Shown: positions 38,395 through 52,549 of the stretch, piece after piece
Position numbering within the stretch: position 1 is the stretch's first letter
Layout: every line of letters starts with the position of its first letter
Origin: Octopus vulgaris
Taxonomy: Eukaryota
Direction of reading: 5' to 3'
NCBI GenBank assembly: GCA_951406725.2
Contig: OX597824.1
Coordinates: forward strand, 49,910,001-49,974,000
DNA length: 64,000 nt
Program-made: the position numbers and the translations under genes
The notes under the pieces: model-generated
What the model was told of the DNA's origin: nothing
Databases searched by the model: none
Seen by the model: the letters and a program-made list of their open reading frames with translations, nothing else

Positions 38395-38995
38395 TAATAA
38401 TGATTTCATTTATTTGCCACAAGGGCGAAGGATGAGGGGTACAATACAAAGATAGACGTAAAGTGTAGGGGTTTACATATAATGAAATGATAAAAAAAGG
38501 AAGGAAGTATACGCGGTATACACTGAAAAAGAAGAGACGTATGCATAGCATACAAGGATTTTAAAAAATGGCGGGTAGGATGATAGAGATGTGGCCCTCC
38601 TGATACAAGAAGGCCTCTAGGGATAATCGAGGAATCCTACTGTCCGAGATTTACCCGAAACCGTAGGAGCAAGAGCCCTTTCCAATTCTTTCTCCCCGAC
38701 TCACAGGTCTACACTCAGAGAAGTACCATCCACTCTTGCCATTTTCGCAACTTTCACCCACCTTTCAATAAACTCGCTCGAGGACAGTACCCTCTCCACT
38801 CTCAATTTCCTTTTCAAGTGAAAGTTGAAGAAGTTAATGACAGCTCTACAAAAGAAGAATGTATCTGTCCACATACCTTTCAGCCTTGTTCATCCAGACA
38901 ACCTCTGTCGCCACAGCCACCAGGCAAAGGAAAACTGCCTCGCCTGCCCGATCGCAGGTGGGAACCATAAGGGCAGCTTGGGGGAGGTGGGAATG
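38395..38995 (-). mobile_element. Tx1/L1-like LINE 3' end
   Basis: VFLCLVAVATEVVW..RLKG..INFFNFHLKRKLRVER..FIERWVKVAK, followed by a 3' UTR ending AATAAA. Confidence 0.6.
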
Positions 38996-39142
38996 AGTCG
39001 ATTACAGCGACTTATTTTACCGACCCCGAAATGAGGAAAGGTAAAGTCGACGTCAGCTGAATTTGAACTCAGAACGCAGAGACGGGCGAAATACCGCTTA
39101 GAATTTCGTCTAGCGTGCTAACGATTCTGCCAGCTCGCCGCC

Positions 39143-39210
<68 letters not shown>

Positions 39211-42000
39211 CCACAGGTAAAGTAAATGACATTTTAAGATTGATTAAAACAGAAAACAGTGAAACAAACCAGCTAATCATGGCTGCTGCTAATGTCGTAG
39301 GTAAGGTAGTAGTATAAAAGCGAAACACTGAAGACGTAAATTCAAATGAAAAGAATCAGTGTGGAGGAAGAGAACGCGAATGAAGCTGGGAAAGACACGG
39401 AAAGAACTGGAGCAAATGAATGGGACAATGAGAGATCTCAGAAATAAGATAGTTATCAGAAAATTGAATGGACAGTGCAGGTTAGAAGAAAGGGGAAAAC
39501 AAGCAGTACATGAAGAATTGACACAAAAGGTGGCAGCATTAAAGGCCAAATTGAAACGATATGACGCCAGATGCAAAGGTTTCAAAAAGAATAGACTGTT
39601 CTAATAAAATAGAAGGTGTTCATTTGAGGAAATGGAGTGGGGCCAACACCAGGAACTATTTCCAGATGCGGAAGAAAGTAAAGAATTTGGGGGAGGGCTG
39701 TGGAACAGGCCGGCGAAACATAAAGAAAGCATGGAGCGGCTAACAAAGGTAGGAAGACAACTTGCAACTGTATCAAGACAAAAGGACACCAGAATTAATC
39801 TATATACAGTGAGACAGAAGTTTAAAAAAGTAGCAAATTGGAAAGTATCAGACCCGGTTGGAGTACAAGGTTATTGGCTGAAGAACTTTACACAGTTGCA
39901 TGAAAGGATATTTGTGCAACTGGATGAGTGCCTGCAGCAAGGTCACGCCCCTGCCTGGCTGACGAACGGACTAACGCTGTTATACCTCAAGTATCCTTTG
40001 AAAGGGAACTTGCCGTCAAATTTTCAACCTATAACCTATTTACCACTAATATGGAAGCTTGGCGGAAGAGTTATACAACTATCTAGAAAGTAACAATTTA
40101 CTTCCAGAACTGAAAGGATGTAGGAAACAAAGTAGGGCAACAAAAGATCACTTATTAGTTGATGAAATGATAATTAGAAATTGTAGACGCAGGTTGACGG
40201 GACTGAATGTAGCATGGCTAGATTACAAAACAGCATATAACATAATACCTCACATTTGGATAAGTAAAACAACGAGGATATTTAGAATAGCAAAAAGCAT
40301 GGAGAAAATGCTTAAATGAAAGTATGAAACATTGGAATACTGAATTGATCGGAGGAAAACAAAAACTTGGAAAAGTGAACACCAAACGTGGAATATTCCA
40401 AGGTGATTGCTTATCTCCATTACTATTCGTATTGGCCATTGACACTGCTCACTATGATACCACGAAAAGTTAAAACTGCTTACGATTTGGGAAAAGGAAA
40501 TGGTCAGATAAATCATCTCCTTTTCATGGATGATGTAAAGGTTGACGCGAAAAATAAGAAACAGCTTGAAGCAGCTTGTACATACTATCCACATTTTCTC
40601 AAATAATGTAGGTATGGAATTTGGGATAGAAAAGTGCGCTATATTGAAATTGAAACGAAGAAAATTTGAAAGAAAGAAGCCAAAGAATTGGCACACAATG
40701 AGAGCGGTTGAGAAAGGACAGTAGTATAAGTACTTGGGAATACTGGAAGTAGACGAGATTTAAAAAAATTAAGAAATGAAACGAATTACCAGTAGGAAGT
40801 ACACAAGGAGAGTAAGGAAATTATTGCAGTTAAAACTGAATTCCAAAAATCTTTTTGAAACAATAAATTCAAGAGCAGTACTCTTAATCAGTTATGGCGT
40901 TGGAATTATAGACTAGACCAAAAACAATGTAAAGTGACTTGACAGAAAAACTAGGAAGTTGTTGATGTATGGAGCCCACCATCCGAAAGCGGATAACAAC
41001 CGGCTGTACTTGAGGAGAGACCAGGATGGAAGAGAATTAATAACTGTAAAAGAGTGTATATAGATGGAAAGAAAAAGTCTAGTAGAGTATTTCCAGAGCA
41101 GCACAGAAGAATACTAAATACAGTTAATAAAGAACAGGTAATGAGAACAGGTAGTAAGAGAAAAGGACAAGAATGAAATATAAAGAGAGCACGTCAGGTA
41201 GATCGAAGAGAAACCTCTACATGGCCAACTTTGGAGAGCCACTGAAGACATATGTGGAACAAAATCCTGGGCTTGGTTAAAAATGGGGGGGGGGCAATTA
41301 GAAGAAGAAACAGAACCTAGTTGTAGCAGCCCAAGATCAAGTGATAAAAACAAACAACTTGAGAAAAAATATACATGGAGAGAATGTGTCAGAAAAATGT
41401 AGAGCCTGTGGAACTTGGAATGAGACAGTGGTACACATTGTGGCAGAATGCCCCAAGTTGGCGCAGGAAGAATATAAAAAATGGTTGTAAAAGTCTTACA
41501 ATGAAAACTGTGTCAGAAATGGGGATTTGAAGTTGGAAACGCATGGTACAATTATCGAGTCGAAAGAGCGCTGCAGTGGGAGGAATGTAACATTTTTTGG
41601 AACTTTCCTATTCAAACGGAAAGAAATTAAAAAATAATACACTAGACATAACAGTTATAGATAAGGAAAAGCGAAGTTGCTTACTTATCGACTCATCATG
41701 CCCGTAAAGAAAGAGGAAGAAAAAAAAATACAATCCCTTAAAATTTGAAATAGAAAGAAATTAGAGCATGTGAACTGTGAAGGTTGTGCCTATAATAATT
41801 GGTGCGTTGAGAACAGTAAGCAAAGATATAGACAAATGGCTGAAGGATATTGAAATAAAATGCCCGGTAGAGACCCTACAGAAAGTTTGTCTCTTAGAAT
41901 TATCAGGAAGATTATAAGCACTTGAAAGGCTGCTCAAAACTTACGGATACCCAAGGTACATAAATCATACCAGGAATAAGACCGAACGTGAGCCAAACCA
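39211..42000 (+). mobile_element. Degenerate R4/Dong-type LINE (RT plus CCHC plus RLE)
   Basis: NWK..P.GVQGYWLK, NFQPITYLP, GCRK.SRATKDHL, AWLDYKTAY, RGIFQGDCLSPLLF, HLLFMDDVK, CRAC..ETVVHIVAEC; TAA repeats at both ends. Confidence 0.9.
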
Positions 42001-43000
42001 AAATAATAATAATGATAAAAACAGCAATGCTAATAAACCAGATATTACTGTGAAAGATCACCAAAACAATAAAGTTTGTTTTTGATTGATTGTTTATTGA
42101 TTATTGTGATGATAAGAATAACAACAATGATAATAATGATAATAATAATGGTTGCAAATTTTCAACAAGGCCGGCAATATTGGTTTCAAATTTTGGCACT
42201 AGTGCTCAACTGGTACGGAATACGAAATACCATTAAGCATTTTGGTCCGCATGTTAACTATTCTGCCAGTCTCTCACCTTATTAGATATGATGATATTTA
42301 ACGCTATAAACACCAGTTTGAAACAGACAAGCTAATCAGAGTCACTGATGGATCTCGAACGTATATTTTTCTCTTGCTGAGTGATTATTACAGAACGACC
42401 GCTATTCCATCACCTGATATCAGAAAATATAATTTGTCGTAACTGTTTTAACTGTATTATTTTATCTCCATAAGATAATTCATCAGTTACTTAGTGCTAG
42501 CAGGATATGTTACTTTACAGATCTATCTTTACTGTCCTAAATTAGAACTTGTCATTTACATGCAAAAATTTTAGTTAATTTGTAATCTAATTAGCAGACA
42601 TTGGTGTCAGTTCTCTATAGGCTTCCCTTTGCCAAGCTAATAAATCATCAAATAATTGTTGGTCTTCTATCACAATAAGCTTTCACGACAAAAACAAATT
42701 GTTAATATTTCATTTGTTGACGATGTTGCTGATACTGTTGCTCTTGTTATTAAGACTATTATACTTACGTGAACAGACACACACATACATACACATACGC
42801 ACACATGCGTGTGCGTATTACGTACTGAGTCTACTGTAAGCAAGGCAATATTTAGACATGTTTTATATGCGAGAACCTGACTGTTTTCTGACACACAGAT
42901 ATACATACATACATGCTATTTCTTTATTTCTTCTCTTTATTATACATACATACATGCATACATACATGCATACATGCATACATACATATACACACATGTA

Positions 43001-43059
<59 letters not shown>

Positions 43060-43112
43060 ATATATATATGTGTGTGTGTGCATACATGCATACGTACATA
43101 TACACTAATGTA

Positions 43113-43180
<68 letters not shown>

Positions 43181-43449
43181 CATATATATGTATACGTGTT
43201 TCAGTCCTTAGATTGCGGCCATGCTGGGGACCGCCTTGAGGAATACTTAGTGGAATGAATCGACCCCAGTACTTATCTTTTGTCAAGCGTGGTACTTATT
43301 CTATCGGTATATTTATGCCGAATGGTTAAGTTACGGAGACGTAGACACACCAGCACCGGTTGTCAAGCGGTGGTGGGGGAAAAACACAGGCACAAAGGCA
43401 CACACACACACACACACGCACACACACGCACACACACGCATACACACAC

Positions 43450-43506
<57 letters not shown>

Positions 43507-43627
43507 CACATATATAAATAGATGAGTGTATTTTTACCTTGTTAACAATTAACACGGAAAAATAAATAAATAGTTACCAGGGCAGCGTTAACTCCATTTT
43601 TTATTCATATATATATATATATATATA

Positions 43628-43910
43628 TTGTTGTTTGTTCCTTCTCGAGCCACGATGGCTCATAGGACCGGTTTCCCGGTTTTCTTGGCGCATAGTTTCC
43701 CCACCTGGGCGGGTCGCCGGTCCCTCGCAGGTGAACTGCAAGGTGCAGGAGGAAAGAGTTAGAGAAAGTCGTGGCGACAGAGTCAGCAGAAGTTCGCCAT
43801 TACCTTCTGCCGGAGCCGCGTGGAGTTTAGGTGTTTCAGCCATAAACACACACATCGCCCGGTGTGAGATTCGAACCTGCGATCCCTCGACCGCGATTCC
43901 GCTGCTCTAA
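43628..43910 (-). mobile_element. SINE family C (tRNA-derived)
   Basis: Head with B box GGTTCGAATCTC. The core is shared with 13631-13760 but the tail differs and ends in (CAA)n. Confidence 0.75.
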
Positions 43911-43981
43911 TCACACACACACACACACACACACCTCTACACACACACACACGACTCCACACACACACATACACACACATG

Positions 43982-44019
<38 letters not shown>

Positions 44020-44039
44020 ACGGTCCTTTTGTGATACCT

Positions 44040-45254
44040 TAGCTAACAATAATTTGCTAGGCTCTGGTTATTACTCACGTGAGTAAATCTGAGTGTCCTA
44101 TTTAGGACTATATAATTTCCATAGAGTAAGTAATAGTATTGATAATGATAAGGAGAACGGGTATCTTTCATATCCATAATTTCATTTATCAGTTATTTAC
44201 AATATCCTTTTCTGAACCTACGCGCGTTTCAACCGCATCAAATGCCTACTGTTGTATATGCAACCTGGTGTCATGGCCAGTGCAGTTTCATAAGGGTCCT
44301 TAGTCACTGCTGTATCGAAGTGAAACTGAAGGAATAAATTGTTTTTTAGGAAGTATGAGTGTTACTATTAATAGCTGTAGGAATCTTGACCTAGTGTTCA
44401 CCTCTACTAAATGTGGCAGGTGAAGCGAAACATAGTCCTAAAAGTTTCGGAAAGAATATTCTTAGTTTAGAGGTATTCAATCAATTTTGGTTTATTTTTT
44501 TTCCTTGCTTTCACAATTGTTATTCTAATAATTTATAATTCTTATTATCATATAAAGTGTAATGCGTTTATTTGAATTGTTTAAAAATAAATTTTCTTGC
44601 ATCTTAGACCATGCTCTTGTCTATGAGATTAAATTTAGAAGTGTGAATTTGGTTCATTTTCACTATGCATAAGTCGCATCTTTGACCCTTTACTTTATAC
44701 GGTTTAGCCTTACTAGTAATATCCCAGCCAACTGAATATATTTTGTTACTATCTTTCAGCGACCAAATTTACAGAGGCTTTTATAATTTTTCTTGTTTCT
44801 ATTTCTGAAAGAATCTTCATGGTTAGCTATTTTTATTTGATAAAATGTGAGCTGGTACCTATATGGAAATACTCTTTGTCTTCTGATGCAATTTTGCACC
44901 TGTAAACCACATTTTAGATCTTACATTTGAAGTTTAAAGGACATCGTTTATTCCTTGCGCTGTCACAGGTATTAGGTCTTTTAATTCTATTATTATTTTC
45001 TATGTTGGTTTCATTCATGGTAATCTCTAACTTATTTCACCTATTTCCGGGTTATTTCTACGATTCCCATTGATGGCATTTGGGTACTGCACTTTCTAGA
45101 GTTCTTGTCTTCCCTTCCTAGTCTCTTGTTTGAGTTAGCTACGGTTGCTTCTCTTTGATTAGTGCTTCTGCTATAGCTATTTCTTGCGCTCCTAGCTTGG
45201 TCAATTGCATTAACATCGTTACTAGTCATTGCTAATCCACTATTTACATTCGGG
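44040..45254 (-). mobile_element. Degenerate Nematis-like PLE 3' portion
   Basis: About 44590-44950 reads CPLNFKCKI*NVVYRCKI..FHIGTSS..IWSLKD..WDITSKAKPY..RCDLC; a hammerhead lies downstream. Confidence 0.8.
44215..44298 (-). ncRNA. Type I hammerhead, CTTATGA variant, extended stem II
   Basis: GACC-CTTATGA-AACTGCA..TGCGGTT-GAAAC GCGC GTA-GGTT. Confidence 0.75.
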
Positions 45255-45436
45255 TTACTATCATCAGTGTTCCATGAGAACACTGATGATAGTAATCGTG
45301 CTAACGATTTTGCCAGTTCGCCGACATAGCTGGCACATATGTATATAAACATACATATTAATACTTAAGAAGTTCACAGGAAAACACTGATGGTAGTAAG
45401 TTAAATAGTACACACACACAGACACACACACACACA

Positions 45437-45534
<98 letters not shown>

Positions 45535-45655
45535 GAGTGAGTGGATAAACGAAAGAAGGGCACTTAACAAATTTATTGGGAGTTACATGTATGGATCAGA
45601 ATAGTTTGAGTCAAATTTCTTGGATTCGACAAATTTGAATGAAACTGTTTTGATC

Positions 45656-45751
<96 letters not shown>

Positions 45752-46213
45752 CATATTCTAAACTTGTTTGATTATTTTGTATTTTATTTTTTAAACATTT
45801 TTTAAACTTATTTCTCTCATTTATTTTCCTACCATAAACCTATAACAAACACAGTTCGATTTATACTTTCCATCTATCTTCTGATACATTATCCTTTATC
45901 AATGATTTTAACCCAATATTTACCCACCAATAACCATATCGATTTATGCTCGAGTCCCCCCCTGTCCCTGTTTTGTGTGTCTACTTCTGCTAAAGAGCAC
46001 TTCATTACTTAAAGGCTTCTAATTTTAAAAAAAACGAACCAACAACCAGAGATTTGATATATCTACCCCCAAAGGACTACCCTCCTACTTACCTATTTAT
46101 TTTAAGTTAACGCACCTCTGAACTATCTCTAGCTAATTAACCCCTACCTTAAATTAAATATCACCCCTATGGCATCACCTTCTTCCTTCACGCCGAAACA
46201 GTTCAGTTATTCG

Positions 46214-46314
<101 letters not shown>

Positions 46315-47002
46315 ACTACTACTACTACATTCACCACTTGTATTTAAAAACCTTTATCAATATCACCAGCAGCAGCAGCACCACCACCACCACCGTTACC
46401 AGCCAACAGAACTACCACGATACTAACATCACTCCCACTATAACACCAATACCGCATCCCCTGTATACCACCACCAGCATCAACAGATATAACCTCCATC
46501 ATCGCCATTACCATCAACACAAACACTAACACTACAACAACAAAGACAACAAAAATAATCATCACAACAATACATCACCACTACCACTACCACCACTATT
46601 ACCATAACCCCCCTCGTCTTTCCCTTCTCTAAAAAAACCTTTCCAGTTTATATCCATTGTGCCATTGCAATGCCATTAGAAAATCATTGAGCGGAAATAC
46701 TGTGAATTGTTCAAACCTTTGGGGCCATTTTCACTGTGTCATTGTCATTTAACGACATACTGGACACTTAAACAACTGAACCTCTTATCATTCTCACACA
46801 CTCTCTCTCTTACTCTCTCTATTCTCTCTCTTCTTTCTCTCCTCTTCCTCTCTCCTTTCTCTCCTCTTTCTTTCTCCACTTTCTCTCTCTTCTTTCCCTC
46901 CTCTCTCTCTATATATTTATATATATGTACATATATGTATAATGTGTATGTATGGGTATACACACACACACACATATATATATACATACATACATACATA
47001 CA

Positions 47003-47072
<70 letters not shown>

Positions 47073-47994
47073 TATATATATATAAATATGTACACACATT
47101 TATACATATATTTACACACACATACACACACAAATATATATATATATATACACATATATACATATATATTTACACACACATACATACACTCATTCATATA
47201 TACCTACCAACCTACACAAACACACATACGTAAATCACACAACATTCCCTTTCATTTCTTATCCTGTTCACCGTTTCTATTTTCCTCACGTTTCTTTCGT
47301 CTTCTTCATTATTTTCACCTGTTCTCTGCGGGTTGTTGTTCTTGTTTTTGTTACTCAATCCTTGATGCTGATGCTGCTAATGATTGTGATGACTGATGGA
47401 TGTCAAAAGCAAAAGAAAAAAATCAAAAACAAAAAAGGAAGAAAGAAATGAAGTAAACCCAGTAGTTTTGTTTTCCCTCTTCAAGAGAGACGTCAGCTTT
47501 TTATTTGTCCTGTCGACTCAATATGAGGGCCATTTTGTGTAGTAGTTTTCGGCTTCTCAACACTCTTAATAACAGGGTTATTGGAAAACTAAAGATATTT
47601 GAAAACAAAGGGGAATCTATCTTCTAGAAGATTCCACACTGAAAAAAAATGTTAAAAAAAAACCTAAACAATGTTCATTCAGCAATCTATTGTAATATTT
47701 AGGACATAAATCACTTTTAAGTTTGCTTCTATAGATTTTCTAGAGAATTCAGAGCTAACACTGCATGTTAAAACGTTTCGTAAACGAATAACTTTATGTA
47801 AACCTTGCGATCGAAGATGGAGAAAACAAGCAATAGGTGTATATACATATTTCAAGAGTAATTGTTCTTTCATCAGCACCACATTCAACCTGTCACCTAT
47901 CCATGAAGATATTGCTAAAATCCCACTAGGTTTAGCGGTGTCACGCTATTGGATAGACCAATTTAAATATACTCCTGGCAATTGGTACGTACAT

Positions 47995-48207
47995 ATTGAT
48001 TTCAAATTTTGAAGGAACGTGAGCAGTTATGGAGAAGGAGGCTTGTCTATTACATCGACCTCAGGGCTCAATTGCTACTTGTTTTATGGACCCCGAAAGG
48101 ATTAACAGCAAAGTTGACCTCGGCAGAATTTGAACTTAGAACGAGAAGACCGACGAAATGCCGCTAAGCATTTTGTCTGGCGTGCTAACGATTCTGCCAG
48201 TTCGCCG

Positions 48208-48255
<48 letters not shown>

Positions 48256-48458
48256 ACACACACACATATATATATTCTTTTCTACTCCAGGCACAAAGCC
48301 CGAAATTTTTGGAGAGGGAGCCAGTCGATTAGATCGACTACAGTATGCAACTGGTGCTTAATTTATCGAAAAGATGAAAGGCAAAGTCGACCTCGGCGGA
48401 ATTTGAAATACTGCTACGCCTTTCGCCCGGCGTGCTAACGATTCTGACAGTTCGCCGA
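47995..48458 (-). mobile_element. Two SINE family B copies
   Basis: Reverse complements of family B. Confidence 0.75.
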
Positions 48459-49314
48459 CATAGCTGGCACATATGTATATGAACATACATATTAATACTT
48501 AAGAAGTTCACAGGAAAAATGAGTATTTTAATGATTTTTTTAATACAATACCTATTGATATTTAATTATACAAATATAATATGATTTTAAAAAAAATATC
48601 GAATGGCTAGGAGGGTCCATTTCAGTAAAATAGAAATCAAAGATGTCCATAGGTAAAAAATGGTTGAGAAACACTGATTTAGGGATTTCTCTTCTTGGCT
48701 GGAGAAGATATACGATGATTTTTTTAGGTGCTACATTTAGGGATAAGAAGCCTCTCTTCATTAGAACACCAAGGTGAAAACGTGGTCAGGTAAAAAAAAA
48801 ATAGTGAAGCTTTAATTAAAGCTGGAAACATGGTTAAATAAAAAATATAGTAAAGCATCTTAATTAAAGTAGTTTTTTTTTTGGTTTCAAGAGCTGGATT
48901 CAAGCCACATTCATGGCATTGAATAAAAGAAGCCGTTTGTGGCCTCGTCTTCATTTGTCTTCTTCCATAAGAACCAGAAGCATGGATTCCGATTGCAGAT
49001 GGTGAATGAAGTCTTCTGTGAAACCATTCTGTTCCAGGTTTATGCCACAATCAGATGGGTACCATAGTATTCTACGATGGCGGGGATGCTTGTGGCGCTA
49101 GTGATGCATGTGTGAACAGAAAGGACGATGGTGGTGTTGATGTGAATAATGAGGGTAACAATGATGGCGTGGAAGATTTGGATGGATTCCATAAAAATGA
49201 TATGGACAATACTTCTTCTGTTGTTGCTGCTGTTGTTGCTGGTGATACTGATAAAGAGGAAGACTTACGTGCTGGTGAAGGTGGTCGTCATATTATTGAT
49301 GCGATAGTAATAAA

Positions 49315-49386
<72 letters not shown>

Positions 49387-49984
49387 AATGATGAGGGTGA
49401 TGATGATAGTGATAATGATGATAAGGCCTTATCGGAATATTTAAACTTCGAACAAGGTGTATCACAGGAAGTCTATACGGCGAGGATGCATCCATTTTAA
49501 AGTGAATAATTGAGAGTCGCACTGATGAAAAAATAGATAGATGGAAATGATAGAAAGGTACTACACACACACGCGCGCGCATACTTACAAACACATACAT
49601 ACGAACATGCGCACACATACTCAGAAACACACGTACATATTCATAAACACACATACATACTCAGAAACACACATACAAACACACAGGCATAATCACAAAC
49701 ACACGAAACACACATACAGATACTCACTAACAAAAACGTAGTCATTCACAAGCACACATTCTAACAAACGCACACACATACTCACACGCACACTTGTATA
49801 GATATTTATTGTGTGTTTATTGTCTCTAAATTTACGAGAAAATTATATATACACTGATTTCTTCATCGTGTGACAAACACTGGGGAAACATGGAGCAACC
49901 TAAACCGTATTTCCAGAAGAACTGCTGGGTAATCCAAATCCCTTTTCCTCATTCACGTTGATATACTATCCGAAACCTATACTT

Positions 49985-50325
49985 GCAAGCTGGCAGAAAC
50001 GTTAGCACGCCAGGCGAAATGATTAGCGGTATTTCGTCTGTCGTTACGTTCTGAGTTCAAATTCCACCGAGGTCAACTTTGCCTTTCATCCTTTCTGGGT
50101 CGATTAATTAAGTACCAATTACGCACTGGGGTCGATGTAATCGACTTAATCCGTTTGTCTGTCCTTGTTTGTCCCCTCTGTGTTTAGCCCCTTGTGGGTA
50201 GTAAAGAAATAGGTTTTTCGTCTGCCATTACATTCTGAGTTCAAATTTCGCCGAGGTCGACTTTACCTTTCATCCTTTCGGGGTTGATGTTTAGCCCCTT
50301 GTGGGCAATAAAGAAATACGAAACC
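49985..50325 (+). mobile_element. SINE family B, dimeric form
   Basis: The core is duplicated; same layout as 55768-56158. Confidence 0.85.
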
Positions 50326-50425
50326 TATGCTACAGAACAACAGAAGTAAAATATATCGTATACTCAAATATATCATGGTTGTATATGCACATAAAGATGT
50401 ATTAAAAGATATACTAAAATTTGTA

Positions 50426-50511
<86 letters not shown>

Positions 50512-50881
50512 GTCTGTCTGTCTGTCTGTCTGTCAGTCTGTGTATAAATCCTTAAAAATGTTTTAGCCCGAAGGCCGCGGCCATGCTGGGGCACCGTATA
50601 TGTATAAATATATACATACACATATATAAATACAGTCACACATATGCATACACACATATATGTATGTGTATGTATGTATGTATGTATGTATGTATGTATG
50701 TATGTATGTATGTATGTATGTGTATATATATAATATTGAGAAAAACAGAAGCAGTGGCGGAGAGAAGAAGAGAGGTAATAAAGCCTGTGGATTAGGACCA
50801 AAATATATTAATGTGGGAAATATACAATGGCACCGATGATATGAAATGGTGTGAGATATTTGAGTATAACGACAGACAGAT

Positions 50882-50948
<67 letters not shown>

Positions 50949-51669
50949 GGGAGAGAGACAGATAGACAAATCCATAAATAAATAAATCGATAGATAGATA
51001 GATAGACAGACAGATAGATAGATAAATGGACGGCTGGATAGATTGAGAGGTGGGTAGAAAACTTAAGTGCAAAATAAAAGTAGTGGAAAGCAAGAGAACG
51101 AGTGAAATAATATAGATTTGTGTATGTATATGTATGTACATATATATTTGTGTGTATATACACACACACACATATGCGTGTGTGTCTGTGTGCTTATGTG
51201 CATATATGTACACACGCACACACATATACATGCATATTTACACATATACATATACATATACGTGTGTTTGTAGGGGAGGTAAAACAATGATAAAAAAAGA
51301 ATTTAAAATGAGGAAAATAGGTGCAGGGAATGGTTTCGCAAGTGATGGACGAGAATACTAGCAAAGTTCAAAGATTATGTCGGCAGAGTAAACCGAGGAA
51401 AGGTTAAATGCCTTTCTGTAACAAAAAAAAAACAACAACAAAAAAACAAAAACAAAAACAAAGCGACAAAAAGAAATCAATAATCAATTGAATAACAGAT
51501 ACATAGTAAATGACGTAAGAACAATAGCAAGAAGAAAAAAGAGAACAGAAAAATGTAACTGAGAATAAAAGCTTCAGCCATAAGTACAGTAAGAGTAACA
51601 GCAATAACGAAAAGTATAATGCCGAGAATGACAACAACAGCAACACCCCATCACTAACCAATAATAATA

Positions 51670-51762
<93 letters not shown>

Positions 51763-51774
51763 GTTTTCCTTGCT

Positions 51775-52410
51775 TCTAACGTAGGTATTTCTGTAGTCCT
51801 GTGGTGGTTATTTTGTAATAGTTTTCTAGCTGTAGAAGGCCCCCAATACCTCCCATACATTATATATATAGCCTTTCTATGTCAGATTTTGTGTGGTGCA
51901 TCCTAAATCCTGTCATTACGTTTCTTATTTTCCTGTCTATTTTGATTACTCCATTTAGAGTCCAGTTAAGGATATTGTAGCTGTAACTTATAAATGGGAC
52001 GGTTAGAATGTTGATGCCTATTATCTTGTTTTTCGCATTGAGCTCTGTTTTCAGTATTAATTTAACTCGTCTATAGTATTCTTTACAGCCGTATGAGCCC
52101 TTGCAGCATGCCTTCTGCTCTTCTGGAAACAGGTTGTTTTCTTCCAGGAGCTTGCTCATTCTCTGCGATAATATTGCAGTAAAGGCTCTGTAAATTGTAC
52201 GAAGACAAGTCATCGGTCTGTAATTTTGTAGGTTTGCCATTTCAGTGGATTTGGGAATTAGGAAATTTTTCCTCCCGTGAGCCATTCTGGCTCTGCTAGT
52301 ATTTCATTAAATTTCTCAGCCAGCTTTTTATGTGTTCCTGTCAGGTATTTTAACCAGAAGTTGCGGGAGCTTATCGTGCTCGGGTGCCTTTCAGTTGCTT
52401 AGCTTTAGCA
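51775..52410 (-). mobile_element. Internally deleted R4/Dong RT fragment
   Basis: NYRPMTCL..EQKACCKGSYGCK joined directly to EYYRRVKLILKTELNAKNKI..HHTKSDIERLY. Confidence 0.85.
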
Positions 52411-52549
52411 GTGCCTGGTTGAAGGAATATATTCACAGACACGACAATGTTGGGATCTATATACACTGGAAGATGTACCAACACTATGGAATAACAACAG
52501 CAAAAATATGGTACAGGCACAATTCTGCTAGCTCACCACCTTAATAATA

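Noticed and set aside
48885-49050. piggyBac-like Cys-rich tail (QCHECGLNPAL)
   Set aside because: Only one CxxC and no TTAA/TIR support.
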